Of a stretch of 64,000 nt of DNA, positions 58,032-64,000 are shown piece after piece. The position numbers and the translations under genes were made by a program. This DNA comes from Thermoleophilia bacterium (GTDB lineage: Bacteria > Actinomycetota > Thermoleophilia > RBG-16-64-13): contig JAXGXJ010000005.1 of the NCBI GenBank assembly GCA_040772905.1, forward strand, positions 70,149 to 134,148, written 5' to 3'. How positions within the stretch are numbered: position 1 is the first letter of the stretch; each line of letters opens with the position of its first letter. The notes below the pieces were generated by a model, which searched no databases, was not told the DNA's origin, and was given only the letters and a program-made list of their open reading frames with translations.

Positions 58032-59072
58032 TCACGTCGCGCCCATTGTCTGAAGCTTCTGTAGGAAGTGCGAGAAGTCGCGCAACGTTTCCAAGTCCTC
58101 ATCTGGTATGCCGTCTGGATCGAAGTGCATGACGTCATTCCGAATCTCCCGGACCCTGTCCAACTGCGTGATGACAATTTTGCGATCGATTGCGAGGCCG
58201 AGTTTGGCCCACCTTTCAGAGTTCTGGAGCAAGCGGATGTACTCACCGAATGTCAGATCCGCGACGCTCTCGACGATACGGTCTGGATCGTCTGGGTCGC
58301 GTGCTGCTTGAAGCTCCGCTGTTCCGAACCGCTCACCGATAAGCCGCCTGACATGGTTCTCGATCTCTCCGAGAAGCAGGAAGGGTTCGGTCAGTTGACG
58401 GAACTGTAGACTCAGATCGCTAGACGTCACAATCCCACTAATTACCCGATCGGCGCCTCGCACAAGTACATGGTCGTGCTCGGCGATGACGTTGATGACA
58501 TCGAACAGTGAGGCAGTCGCGTACACTTCGACGTGCGAGTCCATGAAGTCCCGCACGGGCCCAATCGGCTTCGCCAGCGCCAGCCGCGTTCCTATTCCTG
58601 AGAGAGTGATCATGCCCTTCACATCACGCTCATTGGTCATGACTGGCAACTGCGAGAAGTCATTCGTCAGCATCTTGGTCAGAGCCGTCTCTAGCAAATC
58701 GTCAGGCTTCACAGATTCCGGCGTATGATTAGCGGCCTGCAGCTTGGAGACGCGGTATGTCGGATCTTGGTAGGTGTCATGTAACGAGGGGCCTTCCTCC
58801 GGAGCTCCCTCCTCCTGCGGCGGCTCCGGTTCGCTTGCATGGCTGGCGAGCTTGAATACAATGGGTGAATCGATGTATGCGGATTCGAAGTCAGGCTCGG
58901 TGACCAACCCATATGTGGTCAGGCCCTTGCGCAACGCATAGACGATCCAGTAGCCTCTACGCTTGGCATCAATCCACGAGAGGAACTCACGGATCGTGGG
59001 CGCCGGAGATGGCTCTCCCTTGCGCAGGTCGATAGCAATCTGCTCAAGACGCTCATGGAAATCCTCGTGCAT
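58032..59072 (-). CDS. CBS-pair plus C-terminal Swt1-like HEPN domain protein
   Basis: 346 aa. Two CBS-like repeats (LTKMLTNDFSQLPVMTNERDVKGMITLSGI; VRDFMDSHVEVYATASLFDVINVIAEHDHVLVRGADRVISGIVTSSDL). C-terminal LDRVREIRNDVMHFDPDG carries R-x4-H. Confidence 0.55.
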   Translation of the reverse strand: MHEDFHERLEQIAIDLRKGEPSPAPTIREFLSWIDAKRRGYWIVYALRKGLTTYGLVTEPDFESAYIDSPIVFKLASHASEPEPPQEEGAPEEGPSLHDTYQDPTYRVSKLQAANHTPESVKPDDLLETALTKMLTNDFSQLPVMTNERDVKGMITLSGIGTRLALAKPIGPVRDFMDSHVEVYATASLFDVINVIAEHDHVLVRGADRVISGIVTSSDLSLQFRQLTEPFLLLGEIENHVRRLIGERFGTAELQAARDPDDPDRIVESVADLTFGEYIRLLQNSERWAKLGLAIDRKIVITQLDRVREIRNDVMHFDPDGIPDEDLETLRDFSHFLQKLQTMGAT

Positions 59073-59381
59073 GACACCCCCTCGTGTCCGTCTAACGTCT
59101 CAGCGCTTCGGCCTAGCGCTTTGTCCATGGTATCGGACAATGCGGCCAGTCAGCTGCACGGGCTAGTTAGACGGCGCCCGAGAAGGTTACGGGCTCGACC
59201 CAGAGCAGATAAGCCTCCCACACTCCCCAGCAGAGCCAACGCAATCTTCGGCGACGGTCGATTCACGGCGCGATTGCATACCCCTCTCGCAGGCCGTCAG
59301 GGTCCGTGGGCTAGTCCGGTCCAAGGGTTAGGTGACAATGGACGCAGACGCGGATGGGCGGACGCGCACAGCGCGCATCGG

Positions 59382-59412
59382 CACGTGGGCACGTGGGCAG
59401 CGTGTGGGCAAG
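59382..59412 (+). repeat. three tandem ACGTGGGCAG-like motifs, candidate integrase arm-type sites (right end of island)
   Basis: CACGTGGGC ACGTGGGCAG CGTGTGGGCAAG, 68-98 bp from the tRNA-derived core. Confidence 0.45.
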
Positions 59413-59440
59413 ACCTGGAAGAGAGCGTTTGGAAGATTGC

Positions 59441-59476
59441 TTCCCAAAAGTAAAGCCCCGCTTGTGACGGGGCTTT
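59441..59476 (-). terminator. rho-independent terminator immediately downstream of tRNA-fMet (island-borne copy)
   Basis: On the minus strand: AAAGCCCCGtcacaagCGGGGCTTT + TACTTTTGGG. It has the same architecture as 27324-27361 but a different stem sequence (compensatory changes). Confidence 0.6.
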
Positions 59477-59479
59477 AGA

Positions 59480-59556
<77 letters not shown>

Positions 59557-59768
59557 CCGCTTGGAGACGGGAGTATAACACACCTGTGGACGCACAGCGC
59601 CAAGATCAGTCCAAAGTCCAACCCACAGCCATCGCACCAGGCGGCCCGGACCGCTACAATCGACCGGACAGGTAGCGGACTCTCCACACAGTGTCTATTG
59701 AGGTATTCCGGTGATCCTGCCGATACATATGTGGAGTCCGCGTTCAGGAAGGATCGAATAGGGAGCAG

Positions 59769-60950
59769 ATGATCCGTCGCACGCTGAAATGGTCCGTCTC
59801 CGCAGGGCTGGTGACACTGGCCTTTGTCTTGACGGCGGCGGTCCTCATCTTCGCCGGACCGGCCCACGCTACTCCTCTGGCGGATGCCACCACCAGTACC
59901 ACCACCCCCCTCGTCCTGCAGGGGGAGGCGCTCGACCGGGTCAACGGCCTCATCGGTCAGGCGACCGACGTCCAGTCCCAGATAGATGCGCTCGACGTCG
60001 AGCTGGAGAGGCGGACTGAAGCGTACAACGAACTGGCCGTCAAGCTCGACCGCACCAACTCGCAGCTCACCGAACTCCGACGCCGGCTCACCCAAGCGCA
60101 AGCCGATTATGCGCGTCACGTGGAGAAGCTTGAAGAGCGCATCCGCGGTGTCTACAAGTCCGGCGGCCGGGACACCCTGCTGCCCATGCTCTTCCTGGCC
60201 GACGGGCTCGAAGATCTCTATAACCGCATCGTGCTCATCTCGCAGCTGGCTGAGCAGGACACTCAGCTGGTCGAGGGGCTGCATAAGAGCAAGAGCGAGC
60301 TCGACGGTCTCCTGCTGGACATAGAGGCACAAAAACAGGCCCAGCTCAGCCTACGCCGCGAACAACAACGCGAGCGAGAGCAGATCCAGACACAACTGCT
60401 TGAGCGCAAGGCCATGCTCAGCAGCATCGATACCCAGGTGGCACAGGTCCTGGCCCACGAGCGGCAGCGACAGGCTCAGGAGGAGGAGCAGGTCCGCCTG
60501 GCCATGCTCGCCCTGCTCGGTGGCAGCCATGACTACACGGGGCCGCTGCCTCGTAACGGCGATATGGTCATCGATCAGCTCATCGAGACGGCGGCGTTCT
60601 ATCAGGGTGTGCCTTACGTGTGGGCCGGAGACCGGCCCTCCACCGGGTTCGACTGCTCCGGCTTCACCCAGTTCATCTTCGCCCAACACGGCGTGCAACT
60701 GCCCCATTACTCCGGCTACCAAGCTCAGATGGGTCTGCCTGTCAACCTGCCCGACCTGCAGGCCGGCGACCTCCTCTGCTTCGGATCGCCCGTACATCAC
60801 GTAGGCATCTACATCGGTGACGGCCTGTTCATCCACGCTCCCCGTACCGGCGACGTGGTGAGGATCCAACCATTGGCCGAGCGCACCAATCTCAGCGAGA
60901 TCCGCCGCTTTCAGCTTCAGTTCAGAGTCGGAGCGCCGTTAGTCCGCTAA
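59769..60950 (+). CDS. NlpC/P60 family peptidoglycan endopeptidase with N-terminal coiled coil (RipA-like)
   Basis: Signal peptide, long coiled-coil region, and a C-terminal C40 peptidase core (YVWAGDRPSTGFDCSGFTQFIF ... H ... H). Confidence 0.85.
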   Translation: MIRRTLKWSVSAGLVTLAFVLTAAVLIFAGPAHATPLADATTSTTTPLVLQGEALDRVNGLIGQATDVQSQIDALDVELERRTEAYNELAVKLDRTNSQLTELRRRLTQAQADYARHVEKLEERIRGVYKSGGRDTLLPMLFLADGLEDLYNRIVLISQLAEQDTQLVEGLHKSKSELDGLLLDIEAQKQAQLSLRREQQREREQIQTQLLERKAMLSSIDTQVAQVLAHERQRQAQEEEQVRLAMLALLGGSHDYTGPLPRNGDMVIDQLIETAAFYQGVPYVWAGDRPSTGFDCSGFTQFIFAQHGVQLPHYSGYQAQMGLPVNLPDLQAGDLLCFGSPVHHVGIYIGDGLFIHAPRTGDVVRIQPLAERTNLSEIRRFQLQFRVGAPLVR

Positions 60951-60959
60951 GATGGGAGC

Positions 60960-61274
60960 ATGAGCAGTACCGTCATCATGATCATCATGATCTGCCTGGG
61001 TTGCGCTGCGGCCCTGGGTGGGTTGGCGGTGCTGGCGGTGCGAGGGTTCGGTACCGTGAAGACAGCCCAACGCATGGGCAGCGAAGCGCTTCCCCAGATC
61101 CGCGACCTCAACCGAAAGGTGGAGGAACTCACTCCCCGGCTGGAGCAGATGGCGTCCAAACAGAAAGAAGTGGCCGAAAGGTTGGAGAACCTCTCGGCCA
61201 CAGCTGCGAAGCTGGATTATCTTCGCGACGAACTGGACGCGGCCACCGGCCACGTGTCCAGTCTCAAGTCTTAG
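60960..61274 (+). CDS. small membrane-anchored coiled-coil protein
   Basis: 104 aa. N-terminal TM helix then a coiled coil. Starts 10 bp after the peptidase gene. Confidence 0.45.
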   Translation: MSSTVIMIIMICLGCAAALGGLAVLAVRGFGTVKTAQRMGSEALPQIRDLNRKVEELTPRLEQMASKQKEVAERLENLSATAAKLDYLRDELDAATGHVSSLKS

Positions 61275-61311
61275 TCGACAGCGCCCCGCGGGGCGTATCG
61301 GCATTCAGACC

Positions 61312-61536
61312 TCAGACAGCCACCACCTCGGCGATATCGGGGATCTCCTCGCGGAGAACGCGCTCCACACCCATGCGCAAGGTCAACTGCGACATGGGAC
61401 AACTCCCGCAGGCGCCGGTGAGTTTGACTTTGACTATCTTCGTCTCTTCGTCCACGTCCACCAGCTCGACGTTGCCGCCATCGGCCTGCAGAGCGGGGCG
61501 GATGAGGTCTAGAGCCTTTTCAACCTGCTCTTTCAC
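61312..61536 (-). CDS. NifU-like (Nfu-type) Fe-S cluster assembly domain protein
   Basis: GTG at 61536 after GGAGGAA. Sequence [28 protein letters not shown]...[16 protein letters not shown] matches the NifU C-terminal domain (CxxC). Confidence 0.65.
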   Translation of the reverse strand: MKEQVEKALDLIRPALQADGGNVELVDVDEETKIVKVKLTGACGSCPMSQLTLRMGVERVLREEIPDIAEVVAV

Positions 61537-61707
61537 CTGGTTCCTCCATGTTGGTCGTGCGGCCCGGCCGCGCTGTGATTTGTTGCTCGCTAGTGTCTCA
61601 CGTTTCGCCGAAGTGAAGCGGCGGCGCCCCGGAGGGCGCCGCCGCGTCGCTGCAACTCGTGTCTCGCTGCCGGCCGCCGCTCCGCGGCGCCGTTTCAAGG
61701 CAGACGA

Positions 61708-62889
61708 TCAGACTTTGATGATGGTAGCCACACCCTGGCCGCCGCCGATGCACATGGTGGCCAGACCGTAGGTGCCACCCTCCTGCTTCAGCGTGTAGAT
61801 GAGCGTGTTCAGGATGCGCGCGCCCGAGGCGCCGATGGGATGGCCCAGAGCGATGGCGCCGCCGCGGACGTTGGTCTTGTCGTTGTCGAAGTTCAGCAGG
61901 TCGGCGATGGCGCCGCACTGCGAGGCGAACGCCTCGTTGGACTCGATGAAGTCCATCTGCTCGACGCTCATGCCCGACTTCTCCATGACCTTCAGCGTGG
62001 CGTAGTAGGGACCCATGCCCATGTACGCGGGGTCGAGAGCGGCGGTGGCATAGTCGACGATGGTGCACAGCGGTTTGATGCCGCGTTTGTCGGCCCACTC
62101 CTTGGACGTCACCACGAAGGCACCGGCGGCGTCGTTGATACCGGAGGCGTTGCCGGCAGTGACAGTGCCGTCTTTCTTGAAGGCCGGAGCCAGTTTGGCC
62201 AAGCCCTCGAGCGTGGTGTCGGCGCGACCATGCTCGTCAGTATCGAAGATCTTGGGATCGCCTTTACGCTGCGGGATCTCCACGGGGACGATCTCGTCCT
62301 TGAACTTGCCCTCGGCGATGGCCTTGGCAGCCCTCATCTGGCTCTGGTAGGCGATCTGGTCCTGACGCTCGCGGGTGATGCCGTACTTCTCGGCGATGTT
62401 CTCCGCGGTCATACCCATGTGGTAGTTGTTGAACGCACACCACAGGCCGTCCTTGATCATCTCGTCGACCAGGACACCGTCACCCATGCGGTAACCCGAG
62501 CGGGCCTTGGGCACGAGGTAGGGAGCGATGCTCATGTTCTCCATGCCACCGGCGACCACGACTTCCGCGTCGCCGGCTTTGATGGACTGAGCTGCCGAAT
62601 GGACCGACTTCATGCCCGATCCACACACGATGTTGAGAGTCCAGGAAGGGATCTCCTGAGGGACGCCCGCCAGAATGGCGGCCTGACGAGCGGGGTTCTG
62701 CCCCTGTCCGGCCTGGAGGACGTTGCCCATGACGACTTCATCGACCTCGGTGGCTTCCACACCGGCCCGCTTGAGGGCCTCGGCGATGACGATGGCGCCC
62801 AGCTTGGCCGCAGGTACGTCGGCCAGGGTGCCCAGGTAGCGGCCCACGGGCGTGCGGACAGCACTCAGGATGACGACTTCTCGAGACAA
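61708..62889 (-). CDS. acetyl-CoA C-acetyltransferase (thiolase II)
   Basis: 393 aa. Thiolase signatures ([12 protein letters not shown]; active-site Cys in NIVCGSG; C-terminal [10 protein letters not shown]). Confidence 0.9.
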   Translation of the reverse strand: MSREVVILSAVRTPVGRYLGTLADVPAAKLGAIVIAEALKRAGVEATEVDEVVMGNVLQAGQGQNPARQAAILAGVPQEIPSWTLNIVCGSGMKSVHSAAQSIKAGDAEVVVAGGMENMSIAPYLVPKARSGYRMGDGVLVDEMIKDGLWCAFNNYHMGMTAENIAEKYGITRERQDQIAYQSQMRAAKAIAEGKFKDEIVPVEIPQRKGDPKIFDTDEHGRADTTLEGLAKLAPAFKKDGTVTAGNASGINDAAGAFVVTSKEWADKRGIKPLCTIVDYATAALDPAYMGMGPYYATLKVMEKSGMSVEQMDFIESNEAFASQCGAIADLLNFDNDKTNVRGGAIALGHPIGASGARILNTLIYTLKQEGGTYGLATMCIGGGQGVATIIKV

Positions 62890-63012
62890 GGGATCTCCTT
62901 TCTACAGGGACGTCCCGGCGCTCGGATGTCCCCCCGGCATCCCTACGGCCGACGACGCTCCGAAATGGAAAACGTGCAGGAGAGAAGATACCACTCCGGA
63001 TACCTCTCCGAC

Positions 63013-63297
63013 TCACTCATCTGGGAACGCGTCGGAATCGGGATGCGGGCCCGGCCAAGGACGTGGACCGGCCAGGCTTCGCGAGACGGTGATCCCGTTG
63101 TCCTCCAGAAGGGTGACGACCTCCGGTGTCATGGGCCAGAAGTCCTGTTCGCGCTCGCTGCCCCTGCCCGTCTGCCGCGAGACGAAGTGTGCGGTCACCC
63201 GCAGTTCGCCGTCCACATCGTCGGCGAAGACCTCGTATCCCTGATCCAGCCACGCGATGAGCCTCGCCTGGTATTCCTCGAAGAGCTTCTGATCCAC
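63013..63297 (-). CDS. hypothetical protein
   Basis: 94-aa ORF; no recognisable motif. Confidence 0.35.
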   Translation of the reverse strand: MDQKLFEEYQARLIAWLDQGYEVFADDVDGELRVTAHFVSRQTGRGSEREQDFWPMTPEVVTLLEDNGITVSRSLAGPRPWPGPHPDSDAFPDE

Positions 63298-63443
63298 GGG
63301 ACCCTCCTTCCTTCGCGGAGCCTTGACGGCCTTCCTTGCCTTGGGATGGGTCTGCCTTCTGGGTCTACCTCGATTCTAGCCTTTCTAACCCCGGACCTCA
63401 CGCGCGCGACGCCGCCTCTGCGCAGCCACCCTGCTGCGCGGTG

Positions 63444-63902
63444 TCAGGCGGCGTCGACCTCACGGGGACGCCACCCGGCACTGAAGAGGAAGAAGAGCGC
63501 CGACGTCCTCCCCAGATGGGTGAAGGTGTCGCTCAGACTCTGCGCGGCGGCATCGAGATCGGTGCCGGCTCCGAGGATGTCCAGATACGCGTGAAAGGAC
63601 TTGTGCTCCTTCGCCCGTTCCACGAAGGCAGCGGCGTTCCTGATCACCGCTTCGATCTTGCGGCGGTTGCGGATGACGGCAGGGTCGCCCAGCAACCGGG
63701 CCACGTCGTCCTCACCCATCTTGTGCACCTTGGCCGGATCGAAACCGTGAAACGCCTTGGTCATCTCGGTCCAGCGGGATTCCACCACCTTGGGGCCCAG
63801 CCCCGCAGAGAACACGGCTCGGGACAGCAGGTTGAAGTACTCCTTGTCCGTACGGGGGAACTCACCCGCCCGATGCATCCAGGGCTGTTTCTCGAACATC
63901 AT
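63444..63902 (-). CDS. tag: DNA-3-methyladenine glycosylase I
   Basis: EYFNLLSRAVFSAGL...FHGFDPAKV...GDPAVIRNRRKIEAVIRNA matches the Tag family. Confidence 0.7.
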   Translation of the reverse strand: MMFEKQPWMHRAGEFPRTDKEYFNLLSRAVFSAGLGPKVVESRWTEMTKAFHGFDPAKVHKMGEDDVARLLGDPAVIRNRRKIEAVIRNAAAFVERAKEHKSFHAYLDILGAGTDLDAAAQSLSDTFTHLGRTSALFFLFSAGWRPREVDAA

Positions 63903-64000
63903 CGCCTCCGTTCGGTCGTGAGATGCGGTCGAGGCGATGGTATGGGGAGTCGGAGTCGGACCCCCTACGACTGAGGTTGAATCTTGGCGGGATGTCGGGC

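Noticed and set aside
59557-59768. c-di-AMP (ydaO-type) riboswitch upstream of the RipA-like peptidase
   Set aside because: The ~200-nt leader lacks the conserved ydaO hallmarks I could recall, and I cannot run a covariance model.

Overview
High-GC bacterial chromosomal window with three parts. All calls come from reading the supplied six-frame translations and the DNA by eye against remembered family motifs; no database search, HMM or RNA-folding tool was run, so domain names are motif-level calls.

(1) 1-21.4 kb: metabolic and transport genes. These include a methyltransferase, a MerR/TetR-type regulator, a nitronate monooxygenase, an Asp/Glu-racemase-family protein, an unusual FeS / FAD-disulfide-reductase / Mo-bisPGD oxidoreductase operon, an Old-Yellow-Enzyme-type dienoyl reductase, a CocE/NonD hydrolase, a decayed corrinoid-methyltransferase module, and a Liv-type ABC transporter whose permease and two ATPases are fused into one ORF.

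(2) 22.1-27.3 kb: an insertion-sequence pile. It holds an IS3-family element and an IS481-like element whose transposase gene is split by a nested IS1634-like element; the nested element has recognisable inverted repeats and a 5-bp target duplication.

(3) 27.4-59.5 kb: a ~32-kb integrative island inserted in the 3' end of an initiator tRNA-fMet gene. The intact tRNA lies at 59480-59556 on the minus strand and a displaced 45-bp 3' fragment at 27366-27410. The island carries:
- a type-1 BREX locus (brxA, brxB, brxC, pglX, pglZ, brxL) that looks inactivated, because pglX is split by an IS21 element and the brxC 5' end is frameshifted, and whose BrxL-like protein ends in an AlbA_2/Schlafen-like domain instead of a Lon protease;
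- an Mrr-like restriction gene and a zinc-ribbon membrane protein;
- a prim-pol / xis-like / XRE / tyrosine-integrase module;
- a ~9-kb cargo of poorly characterised genes (three HEPN-motif proteins, a DUF5343-like protein, an ADP-ribosyltransferase-like H-G-T...Y-x10-Y protein, a T5orf172 protein, and a GreA-C-terminal-like protein) that are the best candidates for an undescribed defence or toxin system.

After the tRNA come housekeeping genes (RipA-like NlpC/P60 peptidase, NifU-like protein, thiolase, Tag glycosylase).
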